DNA from: Eledone cirrhosa
Taxonomy: Eukaryota
Length of the DNA: 64,000 nucleotides
Direction of reading: 5' to 3'
Assembly (NCBI GenBank): GCA_964016885.1
Contig: OZ024740.1
Location: 137,144,001 to 137,208,000 of the forward strand
Shown here: one piece after another, positions 25,220 to 39,800 of the stretch
Numbering within the stretch: position 1 is the first letter of the stretch
Layout: every line of letters begins with the position of its first letter
Notes under the pieces: model-generated
Told to the model about the DNA's origin: nothing
The model's database searches: none
The model's input: only the letters and a program-made list of their open reading frames with translations
Translations under genes and position numbers: made by a program

Positions 25220-28200
25220 TATCTCTTTCTCTTATCACTTGTTCCCCAATCTACAATTCTCTCTTTCTCTTATCACTTTTCCCCCAATCTCCAATTCTCT
25301 CTTTCTCTTCACACTTTTCCCCCAATCTCCAATTCTCTCTTTCTCTACTCACTTTTCTCTCAATCTCCAATTATCTCTTTCTCTTATCACTTTTCTCTCA
25401 ATCTCCAATCCTCTCTTTCTCTTATCACTTTTCTCTCAATCACTTTTCTCTCAATCTCCAATTCTCTCTTTCTCTTATCACTTTTCTCTCAATATCCAAT
25501 ACTCTCTTTCTCTTTTCACTTTTCTCTCAATCTCCAATTCTCTCTTTCTCTTATCACTTTTCTCTCAATCTCCAATACTCTCTTTCTCTTCTCACTTTTC
25601 TCTCAATCTCCAATTCTCGCTTTCTCTTCTCACTTTTCCCCCAATCTCCAATTCTCTCTTTCTCTTATCACTTTTCTCTCAATCACTTTTCTCTCAATCT
25701 CCAATTCTCTCTTTCTCTTATCACTTTTCCCCCAATATCCACTCCTCTCTTTCTCTTATCACTTTTCTCTCAATCTCCATTTCTCTCTTTCTCATATCAG
25801 TTTTCTCTCAAACTCCAATTCTCTCTTTCTCTCATCACTTTTCTCTCAAACTCCAATTCTCTCTTTCTCTTATCACTTTTCTCTCAATCTACAACTCTCT
25901 CTTTCTCTTATCCCTTTTCTCTCAATCTCCAATTATCTCTTTCTCTTATCACTTTTCTCTCAATCTCCAATTCTCTCTTTCCCTTCTCACTTTTCTTTCA
26001 ATCTCCAATTTTCTCTTTCTCTTCTCACTTTTCTCTCAATCTCCAATCCTCTTTATCTGTTCTCAGTTTTCACCCAATCTCCAATTCTCTCTTTCTCTTA
26101 TCACTTTTCTCTCAATCTCCCATTCTCTCTCTCTCTTATCACTTTTCTCTCAATCACCAATTCTCTCTTTCTCTTACCACTTTTCTCATAATCTCCAATT
26201 CTCTCTTTCTCTTATCACTTTTCTCTCAATCTCCAATTCTCTCTTTCTCTTATCACTTTTCTCTCAATCTCCAATTCTCTCTTTCTCTTATCACTTTTCT
26301 GCCAATCTCCAATTCTCTCTTTCTCTTATCACTTTTCTCTCAATCTGCAATTCTCTCTTTCTCTTATCACTTTTCTCTCAATCTCCAATTCTCTCATTCT
26401 CTTCTCACTTTTCCCCTAATCTCCAATTCTCTCTTTCTCTTATCACTTTTCTCTCAATCTCCAATTCTCTCTTTCTCTCATCACTTTTCTCTCAATCTCC
26501 AATTCTCTCTTTCTCTTATCACTTTTCTCTCAATCTCCAATTCTCTCTTTCTCTTATCCATTTTCTCTCAATCTCCAATTCTCTCTTTCTTTTCTCACTT
26601 TTCCCCCAATATCCAATTCTCTCTTTCTCTTCACACTTTTCCCCCAATCTCCAATTCTCTCTTTCTCTTATCACTTTTCTCTCAATCTCCAATTTTCTCT
26701 TTCTCTTATCACTTTTCTCTCAATCTCCAATCTCTCTTTCTCATATCACTTTTCTCTCAAACTCCAATTCTCTCTTTCTCTCATCACTTTTCTCTCAATC
26801 TCCAATTCTCTCTTTCTCTTATCACTTTTGTCTCAATCTCCAACTCTCTCTTTCTCTTATCCCTTTTCTCTCAATCTCCAATTCTCTCTTTCTCTTCTCA
26901 CTTTTCTCTCAATCTCCAATCCTCTCTATCTGTTCTCAGTTTTCCCCCAATATCCACTCCTCTCTTTCTCTTATCACTTTTCTCTCAATCTCCATTTCTC
27001 TCTTTCTCATATCAGTTTTCTCTCAAACTCCAATTCTCTCTTTCTCTCATCACTTTTCTCTCAAACTCCAATTCTCTCTTTCTCTTATCACTTTTCTCTC
27101 AATCTACAACTCTCTCTTTCTCTTATCCCTTTTCTCTCAATCTCCAATTATCTCTTTCTCTTATCACTTTTCTCTCAATCTCCAATTCTCTCTTTCCCTT
27201 CTCACTTTTCTTTCAATCTCCAATTTTCTCTTTCTCTTCTCACTTTTCTTTCAATCCCCCATTCTCCCTCTCTCTTATCACTTTTCTCTCAATCTCCAAT
27301 TCTCTCTTTCTCTTATCACTTTTCTCTCAATCTCCAATTCTCTCTTTCTCTTATCACTTTTCTCTCAATCTCCAATTCTCTCTTTCTCTTATTAGTTTTC
27401 TCTCAATCTCCAATTCTCTCTTTCTCTTATCACTTATATCTCAATCTCCAATTCTCTCTTTCTCTTATCACTTTTCTCTCAATCTCCAATTCTCTCTTTC
27501 TCTTATCACTTGTTCCCCAATCTACAATTCTCTCTTTCTCTTATCACTTTTCCCCCAATCTCCAATTCTCTCTTTCTCTTCACACTTTTCCCCCAATCTC
27601 CAATTCTCTCTTTCTCTACTCACTTTTCTCTCAATCTCCAATTATCTCTTTCTCTTATCACTTTTCTCTCAATCTCCAATCCTCTCTTTCTCTTATCACT
27701 TTTCTCTCAATCACTTTTCTCTCAATCTCCAATTCTCTCTTTCTCTTATCACTTTTCTCTCAATATCCAATACTCTCTTTCTCTTTTCACTTTTCTCTCA
27801 ATCTCCAATTCTCTCTTTCTCTTATCACTTTTCTCTCAATCTCCAATACTCTCTTTCTCTTCTCACTTTTCTCTCAATCTCCAATTCTCGCTTTCTCTTC
27901 TCACTTTTCCCCCAATCTCCAATTCTCTCTTTCTCTCAATCACTTTTCTCTCAATCTCCAATTCTCTCTTTCTCTTATCACTTTTCCCCCAATATCCACT
28001 CCTCTCTTTCTCTTATCACTTTTCTCTCAATCTCCATTTCTCTCTTTCTCATATCAGTTTTCTCTCAAACTCCAATTCTCTCTTTCTCTCATCACTTTTC
28101 TCTCAAACTCCAATTCTCTCTTTCTCTTATCACTTTTCTCTCAATCTACAACTCTCTCATTCTCTTATCCCTTTTCTCTCAATCTCCAATTATCTCTTTC

Positions 28201-31200
28201 TCTTATCACTTTTCTCTCAATCTCCAATTCTCTCTTTCCCTTCTCACTTTTCTTTCAATCTCCAATTTTCTCTTTCTCTTCTCACTTTTCTCTCAATCTC
28301 CAATCCTCTTTATCTGTTCTCAGTTTTCACCCAATCTCCAATTCTCTCTTTCTCTTATCACTTTTCTCTCAATCTCCCATTCTCTCTCTCTCTTATCACT
28401 TTTCTCTCAATCACCAATTCTCTCTTTCTCTTACCACTTTTCTCATAATCTCCAATTCTCTCTTTCTCTTATCACTTTTCTCTACATCTCCAATTCTCTC
28501 TTTCTCTTATCACTTTTCTCTCAATCTCCAATTCTCTCTTTCTCTTATCACTTTTCTGCCAATCTCCAATTCTCTCTTTCTCTTATCACTTTTCTCTCAA
28601 TCTGCAATTCTCTCTTTCTCTTATCACTTTTCTCTCAATCTCCAATTCTCTCATTCTCTTCTCACTTTTCCCCTAATCTCCAATTCTCTCTTTCTCTTAT
28701 CACTTTTCTCTCAATCTCCAATTCTCTCTTTCTCTCATCACTTTTCTCTCAATCTCCAATTCTCTCTTTCTCTTATCACTTTTCTCTCAATCTCCAATTC
28801 TCTCTTTCTCTTATCCATTTTCTCTCAATCTCCAATTCTCTCTTTCTTTTCTCACTTTTCCCCCAATATCCAATTCTCTCTTTCTCTTCACACTTTTCCC
28901 CCAATCTCCAATTCTCTCTTTCTCTTATCACTTTTCTCTCAATCTCCAATTTTCTCTTTCTCTTATCACTTTTCTCTCAATCTCCAATCTCTCTTTCTCA
29001 TATCACTTTTCTCTCAAACTCCAATTCTCTCTTTCTCTCATCACTTTTCTCTCAATCTCCAATTCTCTCTTTCTCTTATCACTTTTGTCTCAATCTCCAA
29101 CTCTCTCTTTCTCTTATCCCTTTTCTCTCAATCTCCAATTCTCTCTTTCTCTTCTCACTTTTCTCTCAATCTCCAATCCTCTCTATCTGTTCTCAGTTTT
29201 CCCCCAATATCCACTCCTCTCTTTCTCTTATCACTTTTCTCTCAATCTCCATTTCTCTCTTTCTCATATCAGTTTTCTCTCAAACTCCAATTCTCTCTTT
29301 CTCTCATCACTTTTCTCTCAAACTCCAATTCTCTCTTTCTCTTATCACTTTTCTCTCAATCTACAACTCTCTCTTTCTCTTATCCCTTTTCTCTCAATCT
29401 CCAATTATCTCTTTCTCTTATCACTTTTCTCTCAATCTCCAATTCTCTCTTTCCCTTCTCACTTTTCTTTCAATCTCCAATTTTCTCTTTCTCTTCTCAC
29501 TTTTCTTTCAATCCCCCATTCTCCCTCTCTCTTATCACTTTTCTCTCAATCTCCAATTCTCTCTTTCTCTTATCACTTTTCTCTCAATCTCCAATTCTCT
29601 CTTTCTCTTATCACTTTTCTCTCAATCTCCAATTCTCTCTTTCTCTTATTAGTTTTCTCTCAATCTCCAATTCTCTCTTTCTCTTATCACATATATCTCA
29701 ATCTCCAATTCTCTCTTTCTCTTATCACTTTTCTCTCAATCTCCAATTCTCTCTTTCTCTTATCACTTGTTCCCCAATCTACAATTCTCTCTTTCTCTTA
29801 TCACTTTTCCCCCAATCTCCAATTCTCTCTTTCTCTTCACACTTTTCCCCCAATCTCCAATTCTCTCTTTCTCTACTCACTTTTCTCTCAATCTCCAATT
29901 ATCTCTTTCTCTTATCACTTTTCTCTCAATCTCCAATCCTCTCTTTCTCTTATCACTTTTCTCTCAATCACTTTTCTCTCAATCTCCAATTCTCTCTTTC
30001 TCTTATCACTTTTCTCTCAATATCCAATACTCTCTTTCTCTTTTCACTTTTCTCTCAATCTCCAATTCTCTCTTTCTCTTATCACTTTTCTCTCAATCTC
30101 CAATACTCTCTTTCTCTTCTCACTTTTCTCTCAATCTCCAATTCTCGCTTTCTCTTCTCACTTTTCCCCCAATCTCCAATTCTCTCTTTCTCTTATCACT
30201 TTTCTCTCAATTACTTTTCTCTCAATCTCCAATTCTCTCTTTCTCTTATCACTTTTCCCCCAATATCCACTCCTCTCTTTCTCTTATCACTTTTCTCTCA
30301 ATCTCCATTTCTCTCTTTCTCATATCAGTTTTCTCTCAAACTCCAATTCTCTCTTTCTCTCATCACTTTTCTCTCAAACTCCAATTCTCTCTTTCTCTTA
30401 TCACTTTTCTCTCAATCTACAACTCTCTCATTCTCTTATCCCTTTTCTCTCAATCTCCAATTATCTCTTTCTCTTATCACTTTTCTCTCAATCTCCAATT
30501 CTCTCTTTCCCTTCTCACTTTTCTTTCAATCTCCAATTTTCTCTTTCTCTTCTCACTTTTCTCTCAATCTCCAATCCTCTTTATCTGTTCTCAGTTTTCA
30601 CCCAATCTCCAATTCTCTCTTTCTCTTATCACTTTTCTCTCAATCTCCCATTCTCTCTCTCTCTTATCACTTTTCTCTCAATCACCAATTCTCTCTTTCT
30701 CTTACCACTTTTCTCATAATCTCCAATTCTCTCTTTCTCTTATCACTTTTCTCTCAATCTCAAATTCTCTCTTTCTCTTATCACTTGTCCCCCAATCTAC
30801 AATTCTCTCTTTCTCTTATCACTTTTCTCTCAATCTCCAATTCTCTCTTTCTCTTATCACTTTTCTCTCAATCTCCAATTCTCTCTTTCTCTTATCACTT
30901 TTCTGCCAATCTCCAATTCTCTCTTTCTCTTATCACTTTTCTCTCAATCTGCAATTCTCTCTTTCTCTTATCATTTTTCTCTCAATCTCCAATTCTCTCA
31001 TTCTCTTCTCACTTTTCCCCTAATCTCCAATTCTCTCTTTCTCTTATCACTTTTCTCTCAATCTCCAATTCTCTCTTTCTCTCATTACTTTTCTCTCAAT
31101 CTCCAATTCTTTCTTTCTCTTATCACTTTTCTCTCAATCTCCAATTCTCTCTTTCTCTTATCCATTTTCTCTCAATCTCCAATTCTCTCTTTCTTTTCTC

Positions 31201-31550
31201 ACTTTTCCCCCAATATCCAATTCTCTCTTTCTCTTCACACTTTTCCCCCAATCTCCAATTCTCTCTTTCTCTTATCACTTTTCTCTCAATCTCCAATTTT
31301 CTCTTTCTCTTATCACTTTTCTCTCAATCTCCAATCTCTCTTTCTCATATCACTTTTCTCTCAAACTCCAATTCTCTCTTTCTCTCATCACTTTTCTCTC
31401 AATCTCCAATTCTCTCTTTCTCTTATCACTTTTGTCTCAATCTCCAACTCTCTCTTTCTCTTATCCCTTTTCTCTCAATCTCCAATTCTCTCTTTCTCTT
31501 CTCACTTTTCTCTCAATCTCCAATCCTCTCTATCTGTTCTCAGTTTTCCC
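25220..31550 (+). repeat. Higher-order repeat, unit about 2271 bp (middle copy 2257 bp owing to a 14-bp deletion near 27935), about 2.7 copies
   Basis: TTGTTCCCCAATCTAC at 25239/27510/29767. ATCCACTCC at 25737/27994/30265. ORF pair 26828/29085 is offset by 2257. Confidence 0.85.
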
Positions 31551-33292
31551 CCAATCTCCAATTCTCTATTTCTCTTAGCACTTTTCTTTCAATCCCCCAT
31601 TCTCCCTCTCTCTTATCACTTTTCTCTCAATCTCCAATTCTCTCTTTCTCTTATCACTTTTCTCTCAATCTCCAATTCTCTCTTTCTCTTATCACTTTTC
31701 TCTCAATCTCCAATTCTCTCTTTCTCTTATTAGTTTTCTCTCAATCTCCAATTCTCTCTTTCTCTTATCACTTTTATCTCAATCTCCAATTCTCTCTTTC
31801 TCTTATCACTTTTCTCTCAATCTCCAATTCTCTCTTTCTCTTATCACTTGTTCCCCAATCTACAATTCTCTCTTTCTCTTATCACTTTTCTCTCAGTCTC
31901 CAATTCTCTCTTTCTCTTATCACTTTTCCCCCAATCTCTAATTCTCTCTTTCTCTTATTACTTTTCTCTCAATCTCCAATTCTCCCTTTCTCTTATCACT
32001 TTTCTCTCAATCTTTCAATTCTCTCTTTCTCTTATCTATTTTCTCTCAATCTGCAATTCTCTCTTTCTTTTCTCACTTTTCCCCCAATCTCCAGTTCTCT
32101 CTTTCTCTTCACACTTTTCCCCCAATCTCCAATTCTCTCTTTCTCTTCTCACTTTTCTCTCAATCTCCAACTCTCTCTTTCTCTTATCCCTTTTCTCTCA
32201 ATCTCCAATTCTCTCTTTCTCTTATCACTTTTCTCTCAACCTCCAATCCTCTCTTTCTCTTATCACTTTTCTCTCAATCTCCAATTCTCTCTTTCTCTTA
32301 TCACTTTTCTCTCAATCACCAATTCTCTCTTTCTCTTATCACTTTTCCCTCAATCTCCAATTCTCTCATTCTCTTCACACTTTTCCCCCAATCTCCAATT
32401 CTCTCTCTCGCTTATCACTTTTATCTCAATCTCCAATTCTCTCTTTCTCTTATCACTTGTTCTCCAATCTACAATTCTCTCTTTCTCTTATTACTTTTCT
32501 CTCAATCTCCAATTCTCTCTTTCTCTTATCACTTTTCCCCCAATCTCTAATTCTCTCTTTCGCTTATCACTTTTCTCTCAATCTCCAATTCTCTCTTTCT
32601 CTTATCACTTTTCCCATAATCTCCAATTCTCTCTTTCTCTTATCACTTTTTTCTCAATCTCCAATTCTCTCTTTATCTTATCACTTTTCTCTCAATCTCC
32701 AATTCTCTCTTTCTCTAATCACTTTTCTCTCAATCTCCAATTCTCTCTTTCTCTTATCACTTATCTCTCAATTTCCAATTCTCTCTTTCTCTTATCCATT
32801 TTCTCTCAATCTGCAATTCTCTCTTTCTTTTCTCACTTTTCCCCCAATCTCCAATTCTCTCTTTCTCTTCTCACTTTTCTCTCAATCTCCAATTCTCTCT
32901 TTCTCTTATCACTTTTCTTTCAATCACCAATTCTCTCTTTCTCTTATCACTTTTCTCTCAATCTCCAATTCTCTCTTTCTCTCATCACTTTTCTCTCAAT
33001 CTCCAATTCTCTCTTTCTCTTATCACTTTTCTCTCAATCTCCAACTCTCTCTTTCTCTTATCCCTTTTCTCTAAATCTCCAATTCTCTCTTTCTTTTCTC
33101 ACTTTTCTCTCAATCTCCAATCCTCTCTTTCTGTTCTCAGTTTTCCCCCAATCTCCAATTCTCTATTTCTCTTAGCACTTTTCTCTCAATCCTCCATTCT
33201 CTCTCTCTCTTATCACTTTTCTCTCAATCTCCAATTCTCTCTTTCTCTTATCACTTTTCTCTCAATCTCCAATTCTCTCTTTCTCTTATCAG

Positions 33293-36200
33293 TTTTCTCT
33301 CAATCTGCAATTCTCTCTTTCTCTTATCACTTTTCTCTCAATCTCCAATTCTCTCTTTCTCTTCTCACTTTTCCCCTAATCTCCAATTCTCTCTTTCTCT
33401 TATCACTTTTCTCTAAATCTCCAATTCTCTCTTTCTCTTATCACTTTTCTCTCAATCTCCAATTCTCCCTTTCTCTTATCACTTTTCTCTCAATCTCCAA
33501 TTCTCTCTTTCTCTTATCCATTTTCTCTCAATCTGCAATTCTCTCTTTCTTTTCTCACTTTTCCCCCAATCTCCAATTCTCTCTTTCTCTTCACACTTTT
33601 CCCCCAATCCTCCATTCTCTCTCTCTCTTATCACTTTTCTCTCAATCTCCAATTCTCTCTTTCTCTTATCACTTTTCTCTCAATCTCCAATTCTCTCTTT
33701 CTCTTATCAGTTTTCTCTCAATCTCCAACTCTCTCTTTCTCTTATCCCTTTTCTCTCAATCTCCAATTCTCTCTTTCTCTTATCACTTTTCTCTCAATCT
33801 CCAATCCTCTCTTTCTCTTATCACTTTTCTCTCAATCTCCAATTCTCTCTTTCTCTTATCACTTTTCTCTCAATCACCAATTCTCTCTTTCTCTTATCAC
33901 TTTTCTCTCAATCTCCAATTCTCTCATTCTCTTCACACTTTTCCCCCAATCTCCAATTCTCTCTTTCGCTTATCACTTTTATCTCAATCTCCAATTCTCT
34001 CTTTCTCTTATCACTTGTTCTCCCATCTACAATTCTCTCTTTCTCTTATTACTTTTCTCTCAATCTCCAATTCTCTCTTTCTCTTATCACTTTGCCCCCA
34101 TTCTCTAATTCTCTCTTTCGCTTATCACTTTTCTCTCAATCTCCAATTCTCTCTTTCTCTTATCACTTTTCCCATAATCTCCAATTCTCTCTTTCTCTTA
34201 TCACTTTTTTCTCAATCTCCAATTCTCTCTTTATCTTATCACTGTTCTCTCAATCTCCAATTCTCTCTTTCTCTTATCACTTTTCTCTCAATCTCCAATT
34301 CTCTCTTTCTCTTATCACTTGTTCTCCAATCTACAATTCTCTCTTTCTCTTATTACTTTTCTCTCAATCTCCAATTCTCTCTTTCTCTTATCACTTTTCC
34401 CCCAATCTCTAATTCTCTCTTTCGCTTATCACTTTTCTCTCAATCTCCAATTCTCTCTTTCTCTTATCACTTTTCCCATAATCTCCAATTCTCTCTTTCT
34501 CTTATCACTTTTTTCTCAATCTCCAATTCTCTCTTTATCTTATCACTGTTCTCTCAATCTCCAATTCTCTCTTTCTCTTATCACTTTTCTCTCAATCTCC
34601 AATTCTCTCTTTCTCTTATCACTTTTCTCTCAATCTCCAATTCTCTCTTTCTCTTATCAGTTTTCTCTCAATCTGCAATTCTCTCTTTCTCTTATCACTT
34701 TTCTCTCAATCTCCAATTCTCTCTTTCTCTTCTCACTTTTCCCCTAATCTCCAATTCTCTCTTTCTCTTATCACTTTTCTCTCAATCTCCAATTCTCTCT
34801 TTCTCTTATCACTTTTCTCTCAATCTCAATTCTCTCTTTCTCTTATCACTTTTCTCTCAATCTCCCATTCTCTCTTTCTCTTATCCATTTTCTCTCAATC
34901 TGCAATTCTCTCTTTCTTTTCTCACTTTTCCCCCAATCTCCAATTCTCTCTTTCTCTTCACACTTTTCCCCCAATCTCCAATTCTCTCTTTCTCTTCACA
35001 CTTTTCCCCCAATCTCCAATTCTCTCTTTCTCTTCTCACTTTTCTCTCAATCTGCAATTCTCTCTTTCTCTTATCACTTTTCTCTCAATCTCCAATTCTC
35101 TCTTTCTCTTCTCACTTTTCCCCTAATCTCCAATTCTCTCTTTCTCTTATCACTTTTCTCTAAATCTCCAATTCTCTCTTTCTCTTATCACTTTTCTCTC
35201 AATCTCCAATTCTCCCTTTCTCTTATCACTTTTCTCTCAATCTCCAATTCTCTCTTTCTCTTATCCATTTTCTCTCAATCTGCAATTCTCTCTTTCTTTT
35301 CTCACTTTTCCCCCAATCTCCAATTCTCTCTTTCTCTTCACACTTTTCCCCCAATCCTCCATTCTCTCTCTCTCTTATCACTTTTCTCTCAATCTCCAAT
35401 TCTCTCTTTCTCTTATCACTTTTCTCTCAATCTCCAATTCTCTCTTTCTCTTATCAGTTTTCTCTCAATCTCCAACTCTCTCTTTCTCTTATCCCTTTTC
35501 TCTCAATCTCCAATTCTCTCTTTCTCTTATCACTTTTCTCTCAATCTCCAATCCTCTCTTTCTCTTATCACTTTTCTCTCAATCTCCAATTCTCTCTTTC
35601 TCTTATCACTTTTCTCTCAATCACCAATTCTCTCTTTCTCTTATCACTTTTCTCTCAATCTCCAATTCTCTCATTCTCTTCACACTTTTCCCCCAATCTC
35701 CAATTCTCTCTTTCGCTTATCACTTTTATCTCAATCTCCAATTCTCTCTTTCTCTTATCACTTGTTCTCCCATCTACAATTCTCTCTTTCTCTTATTACT
35801 TTTCTCTCAATCTCCAATTCTCTCTTTCTCTTATCACTTTGCCCCCATTCTCTAATTCTCTCTTTCGCTTATCACTTTTCTCTCAATCTCCAATTCTCTC
35901 TTTCTCTTATCACTTTTCCCATAATCTCCAATTCTCTCTTTCTCTTATCACTTTTTTCTCAATCTCCAATTCTCTCTTTATCTTATCACTGTTCTCTCAA
36001 TCTCCAATTCTCTCTTTCTCTTATCACTTTTCTCTCAATCTCCAATTCTCTCTTTCTCTTATCACTTGTTCTCCAATCTACAATTCTCTCTTTCTCTTAT
36101 TACTTTTCTCTCAATCTCCAATTCTCTCTTTCTCTTATCACTTTTCCCCCAATCTCTAATTCTCTCTTTCGCTTATCACTTTTCTCTCAATCTCCAATTC

Positions 36201-36800
36201 TCTCTTTCTCTTATCACTTTTCCCATAATCTCCAATTCTCTCTTTCTCTTATCACTTTTTTCTCAATCTCCAATTCTCTCTTTATCTTATCACTGTTCTC
36301 TCAATCTCCAATTCTCTCTTTCTCTTATCACTTTTCTCTCAATCTCCAATTCTCTCTTTCTCTTATCACTTTTCTCTCAATCTCCAATTCTCTCTTTCTC
36401 TTATCAGTTTTCTCTCAATCTGCAATTCTCTCTTTCTCTTATCACTTTTCTCTCAATCTCCAATTCTCTCTTTCTCTTCTCACTTTTCCCCTAATCTCCA
36501 ATTCTCTCTTTCTCTTATCACTTTTCTCTCAATCTCCAATTCTCTCTTTCTCTTATCACTTTTCTCTCAATCTCAATTCTCTCTTTCTCTTATCACTTTT
36601 CTCTCAATCTCCCATTCTCTCTTTCTCTTATCCATTTTCTCTCAATCTGCAATTCTCTCTTTCTTTTCTCACTTTTCCCCCAATCTCCAATTCTCTCTTT
36701 CTCTTCACACTTTTCCCCCAATCTCCAATTCTCTCTTTCTCTTCACACTTTTCCCCCAATCTCCAATTCTCTCTTTCTCTTCTCACTTTTCTCTCAATCT
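33293..36800 (+). repeat. Higher-order duplication, period 1747 bp (46 monomers - 1 bp), two copies
   Basis: ORF pairs 34015/35762, 34092/35839 and 34319/36066 are offset by 1747. CCCCCAATCCTCCATT occurs at 33601 and 35348. Confidence 0.92.
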
Positions 36801-39800
36801 CCAATTCTCTCTTTCTCTTATCACTTTTCTCTCAATCTCCAATTCTCTCTTTCTCTTATCACTTTTCTCTCAATCTCCAACTCTCTCTTTCTCTTATCCC
36901 TTTTCTCTCAATCTACAATTCTCTCTTTCTTTTCTCACTTTTCTCTCAATTTCCAATTCTCTCTTTCTCTTCTCACTTTTCCCCTAATCTCCAATTCTCT
37001 CTTTCTCTTATCACTTTTCTCTCAATCTCCAATTCTCTCTTTCTTTTCTCACTTTTCCCCCAATCTCCAATTCTCTCTTTCTCTTCACACTTTTCCCCCA
37101 ATCTCCAATTCTCTCTTTCTCTTCACACTTTTCCCCCAATCTCCAATTCTCTCTTTCTCTTCTCACTTTTCTCTCAATCTCCAATTCTCTCTTTCTCTTA
37201 TCACTTTTCTCTCAATCTCCAATCCTCTCTTTCTCTTATCACTTTTCTCTCAATCACTTTTCTCTCAATCTCCAATTCTCTCTTTCTCTTATCACTTTTC
37301 TCTCAATCTCCAATACTCTCTTTCTCTTTTCACTTTTCTCTCAATCTCCAATTCTCTCTTTCTCTTATCACTTTTCTCTCAATCTCCAATACTCTCTTTC
37401 TCGTCTCACTTTTCTCTCAATCTCCAATTCTCGCTTTCTCTTCTCACTTTTCCCCCAATCTCCAATTCTCTCTTTCTCTTATCACTTTTCTCTCAATCAC
37501 TTTTCTCTCAATCTCCAATTCTCTCTTTCTCTTATCACTTTTCCCCCAATATCCACTCCTCTCTTTCTCTTATCACTTTTCTCTCAATCTCCATTTCTCT
37601 CTTTCTCATATCAGTTTTCTCTCAAACTCCAATTCTCTCTTTCTCTCATCACTTTTCTCTCAAACTCCAATTCTCTCTTTCTCTTATCACTTTTCTCTCA
37701 ATCTACAACTCTCTCTTTCTCTTATCCCTTTTCTCTCAATCTCCAATTATCTCTTTCTCTTATCACTCTTCTCTCAATCTCCAATTCTCTCTTTCCCTTC
37801 TCACTTTTCTTTCAATCTCCAATTTTCTCTTTCTCTTCTCACTTTTCTCTCAATCTCCAATCCTCTTTATCTGTTCTCAGTTTTCACCCAATCTCCAATT
37901 CTCTCTTTCTCTTAACACTTTTCTCTCAATCTCCCATTCTCTCTCTCTCTTATCACTTTTCTCTCAATCACCAATACTCTCTTTCTCTTATCACTTTTCT
38001 CATAATCTCCAATTCTCTCTTTCTCTTATCACTTTTCTCTCAATCTCCAATTCTCTCATTCTCTTCTCACTTTTCCCCTAATCTCCAATTCTCTCTTTCT
38101 CTTATCACTTTTCTCTCAATCTCCAATTCTCTCTTTCTCTTATCACTTTTCTCTCAATCTCCAATTCTCTCTTTCTCTTATCACTTTTCTGCCAATCTCC
38201 AATTCTCTCTTTCTCTTATCACTTTTCTCTCAATCTGCAATTCTCTCTTTCTCTTATCACTTTTCTCTCAATCTCCAATTCTCTCATTCTCTTCTCACTT
38301 TTCCCCTAATCTCCAATTCTCTCTTTCTCTTATCACTTTTCTCTCAATCTCCAATTCTCTCTTTCTCTCATCACTTTTCTCTCAATCTCCAATTCTCTCT
38401 TTCTCTTATCACTTTTCTCTCAATCTCCAATTCTCTCTTTCTCTTATCCATTTTCTCTCAATCTCCAATTCTCTCTTTCTTTTCTCACTTTTCCCCCAAT
38501 ATCCAATTCTCTCTTTCTCTTCACACTTTTCCCCCAATCTCCAATTCTCTCTTTCTCTTATCACTTTTCTCTCAATCTCCAATTTTCTCTTTCTCTTATC
38601 ACTTTTCTCTCAATCTCCAATCTCTCTTTCTCATATCACTTTTCTCTCAAACTCCAATTCTCTCTTTCTCTCATCACTTTTCTCTCAATCTCCAATTCTC
38701 TCTTTCTCTTATCACTTTTGTCTCAATCTCCAACTCTCTCTTTCTCTTATCCCTTTTCTCTCAATCTCCAATTCTCTCTTTCTCTTCTCACTTTTCTCTC
38801 AATCTCCAATCCTCTCTATCTGTTCTCAGTTTTCCCCCAAACTCCAATTCTCTATTTCTCTTAGCGCTTTTCTTTCAATCCCCCATTCTCCCTCTCTCTT
38901 ATCACTTTTCTCTCAATCTCCAATTCTCTCTTTCTCTTATCACTTTTCTCTCAATCTCCAATTCTCTCTTTCTCTTATCACTTTTCTCTCAATCTCCAAT
39001 TCTCTCTTTCTCTTATTAGTTTTCTCTCAATCTCCAATTCTCTCTTTCTCTTATCACTTATATCTCAATCTCCAATTCTCTCTTTCTCTTATCACTTTTC
39101 TCTCAATCTCCAATTCTCTCTTTCTCTTATCACTTGTTCCCCAATCTACAATTCTCTCTTTCTCTTATCACTTTTCCCCCAATCTCCAATTCTCTCTTTC
39201 TCTTCACACTTTTCCCCCAATCTCCAATTCTCTCTTTCTCTACTCACTTTTCTCTCAATCTCCAATTATCTCTTTCTCTTATCACTTTTCTCTCAATCTC
39301 CAATCCTCTCTTTCTCTTATCACTTTTCTCTCAATCACTTTTCTCTCAATCTCCAATTCTCTCTTTCTCTTATCACTTTTCTCTCAATATCCAATACTCT
39401 CTTTCTCTTTTCACTTTTCTCTCAATCTCCAATTCTCTCTTTCTCTTATCACTTTTCTCTCAATCTCCAATACTCTCTTTCTCTTCTCACTTTTCTCTCA
39501 ATCTCCAATTCTCGCTTTCTCTTCTCACTTTTCCCCTAATCTCCAATTCTCTCTTTCTCTTATCACTTTTCTCTCAATCACTTTTCTCTCAATCTCCAAT
39601 TCTCTCTTTCTCTTATCACTTTTCCCCCAATATCCACTCCTCTCTTTCTCTTATCACTTTTCTCTCAATCTCCATTTCTCTCTTTCTCATATCAGTTTTC
39701 TCTCAAACTCCAATTCTCTCTTTCTCTCATCACTTTTCTCTCAAACTCCAATTCTCTCTTTCTCTTATCACTTTTCTCTCAATCTACAACTCTCTCTTTC

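Larger units (their letters stand above)
16160..26345 (+). repeat. Higher-order duplication, period 5073 bp, two near-identical copies
   Basis: ORF pairs 17174/22247, 19141/24214, 20014/25087 and 20166/25239 are all offset by 5073. The G of the rare CCGCC variant lies at 16269 and 21342. Confidence 0.93.
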
